Both the position numbers and the translations under genes were made by a program. From the NCBI GenBank assembly GCA_965249575.1, contig OZ252244.1, forward strand, positions 800,001-864,000: 64,000 nt of DNA, in the 5' to 3' direction. This document shows positions 7,974 through 18,805 of the stretch, one piece after another; positions within the stretch are counted from its first letter, which is position 1, and the number at the start of each line of letters is the position of its first letter. Under the pieces are notes generated by a model. The model saw only the letters and a program-made list of their open reading frames with translations. It did no database searches and was not told the DNA's origin. Source of the stretch: Gemmatimonadales bacterium (GTDB lineage: Bacteria; Gemmatimonadota; Gemmatimonadetes; Gemmatimonadales; GWC2-71-9).

Positions 7974-10844
7974 TCACGACCGGAGTGCCTTTCGCAAGAA
8001 TCGGCCCGTGTGCGAGGCTTGGGCGCGCGCGACGCGTTCGGGGGGACCCTCGACGACCACCCAGCCCCCCTCGTCCCCGCCCTCGGGCCCGAGGTCGATA
8101 ATCCAATCCGCCGTCTTCACGACGTCGAGATTGTGCTCGATGACCACCACGGTGTTGCCCTTCTCAACCAAGCGGTGCAGCACATCCAGGAGCAGGCGCA
8201 CGTCTTCAAAGTGCAGCCCCGTAGTGGGCTCGTCGAGGATATACAGTGTCCGTCCGGTGTCGCGCTTGCTCAGCTCCGTAGCGAGCTTCACACGCTGCGC
8301 TTCCCCACCGGACAGCGTCGTCGCACTCTGCCCGAGGTGAATGTAGCCGAGACCCACATCGTTGAGTAAATCGAGGCGCGCCCGAATGCGGGGCTGGTGC
8401 TCGAAGAACTCGAGAGCATCGGCGACCGTCATATCCAAGACGTCGGCAATCGACTTGCCCCGGTACCGGACGTCGAGAGTCTCCCGATTGTACCGTCGAC
8501 CCTTGCAGCTCTCGCACGGCACATACACGTCCGGAAGAAAGTGCATTTCGATCTTGACGAGGCCGTCTCCCGAACAGGCCTCGCATCGCCCCCCCTTTAC
8601 GTTGAACGAGAACCGTCCCGGCCCGTAGCCTCTGATCTTCGCCTCCGCGAGCTGCGCGAACAGGTCGCGGATGGGTGTGAAGAGCCCCGTATAGGTAGCC
8701 GGATTGGACCGTGGCGTGCGGCCGATGGGGCTCTGGTCGATCTCGATGACCTTGTCGATAAGATCGACCCCCTCGATCCGGTCGTGGGTGCCGGGCAGGT
8801 GGGCGGCGCGGTAGAACTGGCGCGCCAGCGCGCGGAAGAGGATGTTGGTGACGAGCGTCGACTTGCCTGAGCCGGAGACCCCGGTAACCGCCACGAAGGA
8901 GCGAGTCGGGAACGCCACATCGATGTGCTTCAGATTGTGCTGTCGCGCCCCGACGACCAGGATGACGCGATCTTCCGCGACATCCCGGCGGACCGATGGC
9001 ACGTCGATCCGAAGCTCCTTCCTGAGATAGCGGCCCGTGAGTGATCGGTCAGATTTCAAGACGTCGTCCAGCATTCCTTGGACCACCACCTCACCCCCAT
9101 GCCGGCCCGCGCGAGGGCCGAGGTCGACCACGTGGTCGGCGTGGCGGATCGTATCCTCGTCGTGCTCGACGACGATGACCGTGTTCCCGAGATCTCGTAG
9201 CCCGGACAGGGTCTTCAAAAGCCTGGCGTTGTCTCTGGGATGCAGCCCGACGGAGGGCTCATCGAGTATGTAGAGGACGCCGACGAGGCGGCTGCCAATC
9301 TGCGTGGCCAGCCGAATCCGTTGCGCTTCGCCGCCTGAAAGCGAGGCCGCCGCTCTCCCGAGCGTGAGGTAATCGAGCCCGACGTCGCAGAGGAACTGGA
9401 GCCGATCGGTCACTTCCTTGAGAATGGGCAGGGCTACTTCCGGATCCAGCCCACCCACCCCCCTTCCAACCATCGGGATATCGCGGAAGAACTCCAGCGC
9501 AAGCTTCACTGGGCGATCGACGATCGCGCCGATGCTCTCCCCGTGGACCTGAACGCTGAGACTCACCCGCTGAAGGCGCTGTCCGCCGCAGGTATCGCAG
9601 GTCCGCTCGGTCATAAACTCGTCGAGGCGGGACCGAACGGATTCCGAGTTGGTCTCCCGGTATAGCCGCTCGACGTTCTTGACGATCCCGTCCCAGCTCG
9701 TCTCGTAGCTCGAGCCACGCGTTCGAGACCGGACCGGCAGCGTGAGCGTCGTTTCGGGCGCGCCGTTCAGCAAGGCGCGTTGCGCCTTGGTAGATAGCGA
9801 ATTCCACGGAGCCGCTAGGTCGAAGCCGAAAACGGATGCGAGCGCCGGGAGGACCGTCTTCCGCAGGTACCCAGCGGGCTCCCCCCACGGAAGGACCACC
9901 CCCTCGAGAATCGACAGGCGCGGGTCGCCCAAGACGAGCTCCGGGCTGACGTCCCGACGCGTTCCCAACCCGCCGCACGCCGTGCAGGCGCCGTAGGGCG
10001 AGTTGAACGAGAACTGGCGTGGCTCCAACTCGGCGAGCGAATACCCGCACTGGGGGCAGGCAAATCGCTCCGAAAACACGGCGGTGCCGTTCTTGCCCCG
10101 GCCGGCTCGCGTGGCCCGGTGCACCTCAACGACGCCATCGGCGGCCCGGAGGGCGGTCTCCAGCGAATCCAGCAGCCGCGCCCGATCGTCGGGCCGTACG
10201 ACCAGGCGGTCGACCACGACGCCGACGTCGTGTTTTGAGCGGCGGTTCAGTTTCGGCGGCTCCGACAGATCGTAGGTCTTCCCATCGACTCGCGCCCGCA
10301 CGTAGCCTTGCTTGCGGACGCCTTCGAGGAGATCCCGGAACTCGCCCTTCCGCCCTCTCACCAGCGGAGCGATGATCTCGATTCGAGTGCCCTCGGGCCA
10401 CCGCAGCACGGTGTCCGCAATCTGCGACACTGACTGGCGCTCGATGGGCGCGCCGTCGTTGGGACAGTGCGGGACTCCCGCGCGGGCCCACAACAATCGG
10501 AGGTAGTCGTAAATCTCGGTGACCGTCCCCACCGTCGACCGTGGGTTGTGACCGGCGGTTTTTTGCTCGATGGAAATGGCCGGCGAGAGTCCCTCAATGG
10601 CATCGACGTCCGGTTTCTCCATGAGACCGAGAAACTGGCGGGCATAAGCCGACAGCGACTCCACGTACCGTCGTTGCCCCTCGGCGTAGATCGTGTCGAA
10701 TGCGAGGGACGACTTACCAGACCCCGATAACCCCGTCACAACCGTGAATCGGTCACGGGGGATCGTGACATTGACGTTTCTCAGGTTGTGGACGCGGGCG
10801 CCGCGGATGACAAGACTGTCGGCGGGGGCATTCTCGAGTGGCAT
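7974..10844 (-). CDS. uvrA: Excinuclease ABC subunit A
   Basis: GARVHNL, two Walker A motifs ([16 protein letters not shown]), zinc fingers, LSGGEAQR twice. Confidence 0.99.
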   Translation of the reverse strand: MPLENAPADSLVIRGARVHNLRNVNVTIPRDRFTVVTGLSGSGKSSLAFDTIYAEGQRRYVESLSAYARQFLGLMEKPDVDAIEGLSPAISIEQKTAGHNPRSTVGTVTEIYDYLRLLWARAGVPHCPNDGAPIERQSVSQIADTVLRWPEGTRIEIIAPLVRGRKGEFRDLLEGVRKQGYVRARVDGKTYDLSEPPKLNRRSKHDVGVVVDRLVVRPDDRARLLDSLETALRAADGVVEVHRATRAGRGKNGTAVFSERFACPQCGYSLAELEPRQFSFNSPYGACTACGGLGTRRDVSPELVLGDPRLSILEGVVLPWGEPAGYLRKTVLPALASVFGFDLAAPWNSLSTKAQRALLNGAPETTLTLPVRSRTRGSSYETSWDGIVKNVERLYRETNSESVRSRLDEFMTERTCDTCGGQRLQRVSLSVQVHGESIGAIVDRPVKLALEFFRDIPMVGRGVGGLDPEVALPILKEVTDRLQFLCDVGLDYLTLGRAAASLSGGEAQRIRLATQIGSRLVGVLYILDEPSVGLHPRDNARLLKTLSGLRDLGNTVIVVEHDEDTIRHADHVVDLGPRAGRHGGEVVVQGMLDDVLKSDRSLTGRYLRKELRIDVPSVRRDVAEDRVILVVGARQHNLKHIDVAFPTRSFVAVTGVSGSGKSTLVTNILFRALARQFYRAAHLPGTHDRIEGVDLIDKVIEIDQSPIGRTPRSNPATYTGLFTPIRDLFAQLAEAKIRGYGPGRFSFNVKGGRCEACSGDGLVKIEMHFLPDVYVPCESCKGRRYNRETLDVRYRGKSIADVLDMTVADALEFFEHQPRIRARLDLLNDVGLGYIHLGQSATTLSGGEAQRVKLATELSKRDTGRTLYILDEPTTGLHFEDVRLLLDVLHRLVEKGNTVVVIEHNLDVVKTADWIIDLGPEGGDEGGWVVVEGPPERVARAQASHTGRFLRKALRS

Positions 10845-10966
10845 AACCTGCGAAGCTAGACCGTGTGCTCGCTTCAGGTCAACGGACAGGTGCCCGCGTC
10901 GCCCAGCGGGTTGCGAGAGCCTCCGACAATCCCTAGTTTGAGCGTCCCATTACCCACGATACGATA

Positions 10967-11317
10967 GTGAGTCACGACGACGCTTCCTGTTTCGTGGTAG
11001 TCACCACCCTCGGAAGCGCCGACGATGCTCAATCGTTCGTGCGCGAGTTGGTTCGGCGGCGTCTGGTCGCGTGCGGCACGATCCTGGGCCAGGGCACCTC
11101 GATTTACCGTTGGTCTGGTGAAGTCACCGAGGAAACCGAGGCGGTAGTTCTCTTGAAGACCAGCCGGGCACGGTGGGATGAACTCGCGAGCGCCGTAAAG
11201 CAGTTGCATCCGTACGACGTCCCCGAGCTCCTGGCGCTCCCTGTGGAGCGGGGGTTGGAAGCGTACGTCCAATGGGTCGCCGGCGAGACGGCCGTCGAAC
11301 ACAAGGAGGGGGAATGA
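10967..11317 (+). CDS. cutA: Divalent-cation tolerance protein CutA
   Basis: LVAC, SIYRW.G, HPYDVPE motifs. Confidence 0.92.
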   Translation: MSHDDASCFVVVTTLGSADDAQSFVRELVRRRLVACGTILGQGTSIYRWSGEVTEETEAVVLLKTSRARWDELASAVKQLHPYDVPELLALPVERGLEAYVQWVAGETAVEHKEGE

Positions 11318-12221
11318 GCCACTTAGGACGGCGGCGCCGGCGGGCCCGTCGGCGCCTGACCCCCGAGCGTGGATCAATGGTCGGGGACGGGACCTCTTCC
11401 ACCCCCCAGGAGCAGCTGCCGTCCCGCAGTGACGTACGGCACCTCCAGACACCCCCACGCCCGCTACCTTTCGAACTCTCGGAGGACGAGGTACCGACCG
11501 ACACTAGTCAGGCGCCGCACCGGCCACAGAGGCCCAAGCTGCTCCTGAGCCGGCACCCCACCTCGACGAGGCAGAGGTGGCCACCCATGGGCCCGAGTCC
11601 GAATCGGCCGAGGACCTCCTCTACCGCGCTGCCCGCGAGGCCAGTACGAGTGGCGAAACGGAGCGGGCGCTTGGAATCTACCGGGAGCTGTTGGCGCTCC
11701 GCCCTAGCCACGTTCCCGCGCGCAACAACCTGGCGCTGCTACTCGACCGGGTTGGCGAGCATGAGGCCGCGCTGCACGAACTGGAAAAATGCCTACAGTA
11801 CGAGCCAGAGAACGCCCAAGTGCTGGTGAACCGGGGAGCCGTGCTAGGCTCGTTGAGCCGGTATGCGGACGCCGAGGAGGACCTTCGCCAGGTGCTTCGC
11901 TTCGAGGGCAACAATGGGGAAGCGCACTTCAATCTCGGCGTCGTCGTCTCTCGAAAAGGACTGTGGAACGAGGCCGTGCCATACCTGCGGCGGGCGGTAG
12001 AGCTCGATCCGAGCCGCGCGTCCGCGTTCTTCTACCTCGGCGAGGCCCTCAACCACGTCGACGACCTCGAAGGAGCGCTCCAGGCCTATCAACGGGCGGC
12101 GGAGCTGCAGCCGGAAAGTCCCAAGGCTCTCTATGGGCTCGGGATCGTGCTCGACCGCCTGAACCGCCCCGAAGACGCCGCGCTGATGTACCGCCGCTCA
12201 AGAGAGCTCGCCGACAGGTGA
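11314..12221 (+). CDS. Tetratricopeptide repeat protein with Arg-rich, low-complexity N-terminus (frameshift ~11515)
   Basis: ATGA overlap with cutA and AAGGAGG SD; several TPR repeats in the 11577..12221 frame. Confidence 0.8.
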
Positions 12222-12722
12222 TCCACGTCGTAGTGGACGACCTCGCGTTCGTGGGCACGGACGCGGTGGTTCGTCCCGCGACGGCCGGCCTTGAGCCCAC
12301 CACCCCCTCCCTCCGTCGCCTCGAGCAGATCGGCGGACCCGCCTTTTTGGGACCAGCTCAAGACCCAGCAGGACCTCGCCGTTGGTGCCGCCGTCGTGAC
12401 CGGCGCAGGCGAACTGCAGGCTGAATTTGTCATTCATGCGGTGATACGCAGCGCGACGGAACCCGTGACGGCGGCGGGCGGGCGCCGAGCTGTGACTAGC
12501 GCGCTTCAACGGGCGCGCGACTGGCAGATCACCAGCCTGGCGGTCCCCCCAATCGGGACCGGCCCGGGGGCACTCGACGTCGAGCGGGCGGCCCGGATCA
12601 TGTGCGAGGTGCTGCGCGAGCACTTGACCGCCGAACCGTACCCCCGCGATGTCCACATCGTGGTGGAGTCAGAAGACGATCAGGCCGTGTTCGAGCGGTT
12701 CATGGAAAGCGCTCCCGAATGA
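12218..12722 (+). CDS. Macro-domain protein, divergent active site (frameshift at T5, 12344-12348)
   Basis: GTGA overlap; VVDDLAFVGTDAVVRPA...AVVTGAGELQAEFVIHAV...SLAVPPIGTG macro-fold motifs. Confidence 0.75.
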
Positions 12723-13403
12723 GCCGGCGATCCTTGGGAATCCTCATCATGGGCGCCTGGCTCGCGGGGATTGGGTGGCTGGTGAAACGCGAGTACTGGC
12801 GATCGGGCGAAGCGCTCGTGCCGGACGCATCCCTGATGCCTACCGCCGGGGGCGTCCTTCTACACCCTGTCCATGAATCGTCAGCAAATCGGCTTCGCAT
12901 CCACGACCATCGACACCGTCCCGGAAGGCATACGCCTCCAGGACGTGATGGTGATCGAAGTTCCCGCCCTCGGCGAGATCCATCGCACCGATACGCGAAT
13001 CGACGCGTTGCTCTCCCGGAGCCTGGGCCTCCGGACGTTCAATGCTTCGCTTCAGGCCGACGCCGGGCGGTTCCTGGTCGAGGGAGAGGTCTTGGGCGAT
13101 TCCGCGCTCCGAGTTCGCATTACGGCAAACGGAGACGAGCAAGAGCTCCGTGTCGACCTGGAACGCCCCATCGTGCTGCCGGCGATCATGCCGATGCACG
13201 TCGCGTTGGGTGGCGCGCTGCGGATCGGGAATACCTACACCATCGACCTGTTCGATCCGATACTCCTGCAGGATCGGAACGTCGAGATCGCGGTGGTCGC
13301 GGAATCGACGTTCATCGTACCGGACAGCGCAGACTCGGACACCCTGGGGGGACCCTGGTTTCCGGTCCTCTGGGACACCGTGCACGCGTGGCAAATCGAG
13401 CAG
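12719..13403 (+). pseudogene. N-terminal part of a membrane-anchored protein resembling transglutaminase-domain proteins; truncated at ~13403, frameshift ~12840
   Basis: ATGA overlap; N-terminal TM (LGILIMGAWLAGIGWLVKRE), QQIGFASTTIDT; plausible coding stops after AWQIEQ; no catalytic domain present. Confidence 0.5.
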
Positions 13404-13413
13404 CCTCGTCGGT

Positions 13414-14985
13414 ATGATTTTTTGGACACTCGTTTTCGGGGTGCTGTACCGCGTGCTTCGCTATTTCCGCGGCGTCGAGGAGATCGGCCCGCTATTGGCC
13501 GGCAAGCTCCTCGGTCTCGCCCTCCTTTCTTTCCTTTCCATTCTACTCCTGTCGAACGTCATCACCGCCCTGTCGTCGTTCTTCCTGGCCCGCGACCTGG
13601 ATCTCCTGGTATCCTCGCCAGTCGAGTGGCTAAGCCTGTATCTCGCCAAGCTGGCCGAGACCATCCTACACAGTTCTTGGATGGTAGCGCTCATGGCGGT
13701 GCCGATCTTCAGCGCGTATGGGGTCATTTACGACGGTGGATGGCTGTTCGGGCCCTACTGTCTCCTGGTGTTTGCTCCCCTGCTCGTTATTCCTTCGGCC
13801 GTGGGGAGTGCCATCACGCTCATTCTGGTCAACGTGTTTCCGGCACGGCGGACCCGCGATCTACTCTCCGTGATCGCCGTGGGCGCGGCGGGCGGTGTGG
13901 TCTTGCTCCTCCGGGTCGTCCGCCCCGAACAGCTGGCTCGGCCCGAAGGCTTTCGTAATCTGCTCGACTTCATCACCGTCCTGCGGACCCCCACCTCACC
14001 GTGGTTGCCCAGCGAGTGGGCAACGAACGGGATCATGAGATACCTGGTCGGCCCCTTCGACGCGCTGCCCGTATTTCTCCTGTGGTCCACAGCAGGGGCC
14101 TTCGTCGTATTAGGAGCCTTGCTCCACGCGCGGCTGTATCCCCCCGGATTCACCAAAGCGCAAGAAGGAGCCGCCCGATTCGTTCGAGGGTGGATTTGGG
14201 AGGCCTTGCTCCAGCCGGTCGTCAGCCACTTATCGGTTTCCAAGCGAGAATTCGTTATCAAGGACCTCAAGCTGTTCTTCCGGGATACGACGCAGTGGAG
14301 CCAGCTCATCCTACTCGGTGTGCTGGTCGTCATCTACCTGTTCAACATCAGGGCGCTGCCCCTGTTCACCGGGGAGCAAGTACCCTTTTTCATCGTGACT
14401 CTTGTGTCGTTCCTGAATCTCGGCTTGGCGGGGTTCGTGCTCGCGTCCATCGCAGCACGATTCATCTTTCCGGCGATCTCTCTCGAGGGGAGGCAAATGT
14501 GGCTGCTGCGGTCCAGTCCGCTCGACCTCCGCGCCCTCCTCTGGTCGAAGTACTGGGTCGGCACGATTCCGCTCATCGTCCTCGCCCTGATCATCACCGT
14601 CTTTACCAACGTGCTACTCAAGGCAACTCCATTCATGATGGTCGTCGGCATCAGCACCATCATTCTGCTCACGTTGGCGATCAGCGCGCTCGCGCTCGGG
14701 TTCGGGGCCCTGTACCCGCAGTTCGAGACGGAAAACGCGGCGCAAATTCCAACCTCTTTCGGCGGGCTCGTCTTCATGATGACCACCATCGGGCTCTTAG
14801 CCATAGTCATCGTGATCGAAGCGATTCCCGTATCCACCTACCTCCGAGCGGCATACAATAAGGAAGCGATCGGAGTCACACCGGAGATGGTCGCCGCGTT
14901 CGTCGCCGTTGCGGCCCTCTGCACTGCGGCGACGGTGGTGCCGCTCCGGGTGGGGCTTCATCGGATGCAAACCTTCGAGTTCTAG
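13414..14985 (+). CDS. Putative ABC transporter permease (ABC_tran_2-like), probably 5'-truncated
   Basis: About 12 TM segments; ARDLDLLVSSP, KDLKLFFRDTTQWSQ, SLEGRQMWLLRSSP motifs. Confidence 0.8.
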   Translation: MIFWTLVFGVLYRVLRYFRGVEEIGPLLAGKLLGLALLSFLSILLLSNVITALSSFFLARDLDLLVSSPVEWLSLYLAKLAETILHSSWMVALMAVPIFSAYGVIYDGGWLFGPYCLLVFAPLLVIPSAVGSAITLILVNVFPARRTRDLLSVIAVGAAGGVVLLLRVVRPEQLARPEGFRNLLDFITVLRTPTSPWLPSEWATNGIMRYLVGPFDALPVFLLWSTAGAFVVLGALLHARLYPPGFTKAQEGAARFVRGWIWEALLQPVVSHLSVSKREFVIKDLKLFFRDTTQWSQLILLGVLVVIYLFNIRALPLFTGEQVPFFIVTLVSFLNLGLAGFVLASIAARFIFPAISLEGRQMWLLRSSPLDLRALLWSKYWVGTIPLIVLALIITVFTNVLLKATPFMMVVGISTIILLTLAISALALGFGALYPQFETENAAQIPTSFGGLVFMMTTIGLLAIVIVIEAIPVSTYLRAAYNKEAIGVTPEMVAAFVAVAALCTAATVVPLRVGLHRMQTFEF

Positions 14986-15015
14986 GGCCTCGAAGAGAGG
15001 GCCAAGGTTTCCCCC

Positions 15016-15049
15016 AAAAAAATGCGGGCAGCGCTCAGACACCGCCCGC
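15016..15049 (-). terminator. Rho-independent terminator of the ccm operon
   Basis: GCGGGCGGTG-TCTGAG-CGCTGCCCGC (10-bp stem, two G-U pairs) followed by ATTTTTTT. Confidence 0.75.
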
Positions 15050-15087
15050 TCGACGCCGGAACCGCGCGGATCGTAAGCTGCTGAGGA

Positions 15088-15624
15088 TCACGCGGCCGCG
15101 ACCGCCGCCCCGCAGCCCCCGCAGAACTTCGCCCCCGCTGGCAGATCCGCTCCACACACCCAGCAACGAGGACTCGCCGAGGCGGTCGCGAGGGATCGGC
15201 CGCACCTCGAGCAGAACACGACGTTCGGCTCTGGTCGGGGACCACAAGACGGACACACGGCCCGTCGGCCCGGCTTCGAACGAGCGATCATTCGCTCAGC
15301 CTGATCGTCCCGATCTGGTGATGGGATCGCTCCGCTGGCCTCTTCCTCGCGCATGGCGGCCAACGCCTTCGCGGTGTACCTGGCCTTCAGCTGTTCGTAG
15401 TCGCCGTCCGAGAGCTTGCCTGTCGCCCGATCGAAATCGATCTCACGCAGCGCGAGTAGCGCCTGGATCTTGGGGGAGTCGGACTCGTCGAGATCTACGA
15501 GATCTGCCTCATCGACGTCGCCTGAAGGTACCGGTGTCGGCTTGCCGGCCCCGGTCCACAGCGGCTGGATGACGAGCGCAAGGAGGCCTAGGGCGAGGAG
15601 GACTCCAGCAATCAGCTCCAGCAC
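15088..15624 (-). CDS. CcmI-like membrane protein with double zinc-ribbon C-terminus
   Basis: N-terminal TM, LREIDFDRATGKLSDGDY motif, four CxxC pairs; last gene of the ccm cluster. Confidence 0.7.
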   Translation of the reverse strand: MLELIAGVLLALGLLALVIQPLWTGAGKPTPVPSGDVDEADLVDLDESDSPKIQALLALREIDFDRATGKLSDGDYEQLKARYTAKALAAMREEEASGAIPSPDRDDQAERMIARSKPGRRAVCPSCGPRPEPNVVFCSRCGRSLATASASPRCWVCGADLPAGAKFCGGCGAAVAAA

Positions 15625-15627
15625 CGA

Positions 15628-16218
15628 TCACGTATCCAGATTCGACAGCTCGGCCTCGAGACGCCTGGTTTCCTGAGTGGATGGCGAGTCGGAGAGGCCC
15701 GGCGATGAGCCGGCCGGGGCTCGCTCCCGTCCCAGGCCCGTCCGACGGAGCAGCACGAATCCCATCAGGCCCCCGACCAGGACGATCAACGCGCCCGGTA
15801 GGAAGTAGCCGGCGAGGTTGAACCCCTCCTTGGGCGGGGCCATCAAGACCACCGCACCATGTTCGGCGACGAACCGGTCGATGATCTCCTGGGCCGAGAG
15901 ATTCTCGCGCGTCAGCGCGACGACCTGTCGATGCATGGCCGGCGACACTTCACAGTTGAAGTCCGTCGTCCGGCATGTGTACACGTCGAGATTGCAGCCG
16001 CACGTGCAGCGCAACCGCTTCTCGACTCCGACCACGAAGGGATCGTTATGAAAATCGGTAACCGCGGCTCGCGGACGCCCCGCCATGCCGGGGTACTGAA
16101 GCCGCCCGATCACGCTGTCCTGAGGGGACGACGTGCCCGCCTGCTCGCGCGGAACGAGCGCCGCAGGCAGGAGGGCGACGAGCCCTTGAAGCGCCTCGCG
16201 ACGGGACACGGGGGTCAT
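15628..16218 (-). CDS. ccmH: Cytochrome c biogenesis protein CcmH/NrfF-like
   Basis: GGAGG SD; LRCTCGC...C...C, IIDRFVAEHGAVVLMAPP, C-terminal TM. Confidence 0.75.
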   Translation of the reverse strand: MTPVSRREALQGLVALLPAALVPREQAGTSSPQDSVIGRLQYPGMAGRPRAAVTDFHNDPFVVGVEKRLRCTCGCNLDVYTCRTTDFNCEVSPAMHRQVVALTRENLSAQEIIDRFVAEHGAVVLMAPPKEGFNLAGYFLPGALIVLVGGLMGFVLLRRTGLGRERAPAGSSPGLSDSPSTQETRRLEAELSNLDT

Positions 16219-16232
16219 GAATCGCACCTCCA

Positions 16233-18269
16233 TCAGGAAGCCTGCTCCGCAAGGGTCGCCTGATATCCAGCCAGCGCCTCCTGGGGACGGACCTTGGACA
16301 GCCGCACTCGCCCGCCAGGCCACATCACCACCACGCCGCCGGCAACAAGGACGACGCCACCGAACCAAACCCACCACACCAGCGGGTTTATCGTAAACCG
16401 ATACACCGCCTCCTCTGTTCCCGCGACGGAGCCCGCGAACACGATGTACAGGTCCTCCCGGAGGTCGCTGCGGATGCCAGCCTCGGTCGATGGCTCGAAG
16501 CTATCACGCCCAAAGGAGTCCACGTGCTGCCGCTTTTCACTCGTCAGCACCCCCAGCCGCTCACTGTTTCTCCGGACCTCGACGCTCGCCGCGGAGACCC
16601 ACCGGTTGAGGGCTGTGTACTGTGAGACACCGAGGTGCGTCAGCGTATAGCTGTGCCCAAATGGCGATTCCAGCGAGGCCGTCTCACCCGGCTTGAGCGA
16701 GGCCTCGATCTCCGTTTTGAACGCCATCCCGGAGAACGCCACCAAGTATGTGACGATTCCGAGATGAACGATGTAGCCTCCATACCGCCGCCGGTTTCGA
16801 GCAACCAGGCGCGCAAAGGCGAGGGCATATCCTTCACCGTGCAGGCGGTGCCTAGCGCCCGCACCTCGGATGAACTCCTGGAGCACCGTCGCCACGACGA
16901 ATGATCCAAGCGCGATCGCCATTCCGGCGTAGAAGTCGCCGAAACCGACGACCACCAAGAGGCCGCCCACTGCGGCGAACACGCTCCCCGGCACCGCGAA
17001 ATGCCGCCGGAGATTGGCGGCGCTCGCCCGCCGCCACGCAACGAGCGGGCCGATCCCCGTCAACGCCAGGAGCCCGAGCGCGATGGGGATATTGACCTGA
17101 TTGAAGAAGGGCGGTCCCACGGTGACCTTCGTACCCTGGACAAGCTCAGACAGGATCGGGAACGTCGTGCCCCACAGCACCGAAAACGCCATTCCGACGA
17201 ACAGCAGATTGTTGAAAAGGAAGGTGGACTCGCGGGACAGGGTGCTCTCCAGCCGGCCTTCGGTCTGGAGTAGCGGAAGTCGCGACCATAGCAGCCATCC
17301 GGCCCCGACGCCCCCAAGTATCAGAAACCCCAAGAAGTAGTACCCGACGGACGACTGGGCAAAGGAGTGAACGCTCGAAATGATACCGCTCCTCGTAACG
17401 AACGTCCCGAAGATGGACAGTAAGAAACTCAGGAAAATCAGCAGCATGTTCCACCGCTTGAGCATCCCGCGCTTTTCCTGGATCATCACCGAGTGCAGGA
17501 ACGCCGTCATGGTGAGCCACGGGAGAAAACTCGCGTTCTCGACGGGATCCCACGCCCAGTACCCGCCCCAACCCAACTCCACATAGGCCCACCACATTCC
17601 CAAGGTGATGCCAATGGACAGGAAGAGCCACGAAAGGATGGTCCATTTCCGGATCGCATGCAGCCAGCCGACGTCGAGCCGCTTGGAGAGCAACGCGGCG
17701 ACGGCAAACGAAAAGGGGATCGTGATGCTGATATACCCGAGGTAGAGCATCGGTGGGTGGACCACCATTCCCGGATTCTGAAGCTGCGGATTCAGTCCGC
17801 GGCCATCCATGGGCGTAAACGGAAGCCGCGTAAACGGATTTGCTCCGAACATCGTCACGATGATGAAGAAAAGGGCAACGGCCGAGGTCGTCGCCGCTAC
17901 GTAGGGGAGCAAGTAATCGTAGCGACGCGGCGTGAGCCACTGCGCGGCGGCGGCGAACAAGCTGAGCACGAGCGCCCAAAAGAGCAGGCTCCCAGCCTGT
18001 CCCCCGTAGAACGCTGCGATGGTATAGGACAACGGGAGGTTGCGGCTGGTGTAGCTGGCGACGTACTCGACGTTGAAGTCGTGTCGGACCAGTGCGGTCA
18101 CGAGCGCTGCCGACGCGATGGTGAGGGCCCCGGCGAGCGCGTACACGGCTCGTCGGGCACTCAATACGAGCTCCGGCCGCCCGCGCGCCCCACCCAGGAA
18201 CCCCGTGACTACGCCCCAGGCGGCGAGAAGCAGCGCCAGCCCGAGCGCTAGCTGGCCGAGAACCGTCAC
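16233..18269 (-). CDS. ccmF: Heme lyase CcmF/NrfE
   Basis: HPPMLY, WGGYWAWDPVEN, SVHSFA motifs. Confidence 0.97.
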   Translation of the reverse strand: MTVLGQLALGLALLLAAWGVVTGFLGGARGRPELVLSARRAVYALAGALTIASAALVTALVRHDFNVEYVASYTSRNLPLSYTIAAFYGGQAGSLLFWALVLSLFAAAAQWLTPRRYDYLLPYVAATTSAVALFFIIVTMFGANPFTRLPFTPMDGRGLNPQLQNPGMVVHPPMLYLGYISITIPFSFAVAALLSKRLDVGWLHAIRKWTILSWLFLSIGITLGMWWAYVELGWGGYWAWDPVENASFLPWLTMTAFLHSVMIQEKRGMLKRWNMLLIFLSFLLSIFGTFVTRSGIISSVHSFAQSSVGYYFLGFLILGGVGAGWLLWSRLPLLQTEGRLESTLSRESTFLFNNLLFVGMAFSVLWGTTFPILSELVQGTKVTVGPPFFNQVNIPIALGLLALTGIGPLVAWRRASAANLRRHFAVPGSVFAAVGGLLVVVGFGDFYAGMAIALGSFVVATVLQEFIRGAGARHRLHGEGYALAFARLVARNRRRYGGYIVHLGIVTYLVAFSGMAFKTEIEASLKPGETASLESPFGHSYTLTHLGVSQYTALNRWVSAASVEVRRNSERLGVLTSEKRQHVDSFGRDSFEPSTEAGIRSDLREDLYIVFAGSVAGTEEAVYRFTINPLVWWVWFGGVVLVAGGVVVMWPGGRVRLSKVRPQEALAGYQATLAEQAS

Positions 18270-18273
18270 TCAG

Positions 18274-18678
18274 CTAGGCGCGCGGGGCCGCCTCATAGCG
18301 GGACCCGCACTTCGCGAGGAGGGTGGTGGCGTGAAAGACACCATCGGGCTCCAATCGGCCCTCGACCACCACATCGACGTCATCGGTAAAGGTGTCGGGA
18401 GCGAGTCCCCGATAGACCACGGCGTAGTCTTGCTGGCCATCCGTCACTTCGAACGAAACCGTCTGGGTAGCGACGTCACGCCGGATGGTGCCGTTCACGA
18501 CCCGTGCGCCCATCTTGACGCCGACGCTACGGAACGAGGGGTCGACGTCCACCTTGGCCGCGAGCTCCGACGGCGTGAGGAAGTACTGGCCTGTTTCCTT
18601 GATTCCGGTCGCCATCAGATAGCTAACGGCCCCGACAATGAGGGTGGCACTCAGTATGAACTTCGTCTTGGGAGACAT
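18274..18678 (-). CDS. ccmE: Heme chaperone CcmE (CxxxY variant)
   Basis: YRGLAPDTF...VVVEG...LLAKCGSRY. Confidence 0.9.
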   Translation of the reverse strand: MSPKTKFILSATLIVGAVSYLMATGIKETGQYFLTPSELAAKVDVDPSFRSVGVKMGARVVNGTIRRDVATQTVSFEVTDGQQDYAVVYRGLAPDTFTDDVDVVVEGRLEPDGVFHATTLLAKCGSRYEAAPRA

Positions 18679-18805
18679 TGCGTCACCGTTGCACTCAATA
18701 GAACGAGGTCGCCGCGAAGGCGCGTGGCAGCCCCGAAACCTATATCACTCTAAATGTAAGCAGGTTCCGTAGGAAGAGGGAAGACACTAGATACTCGCGA
18801 GGGCG

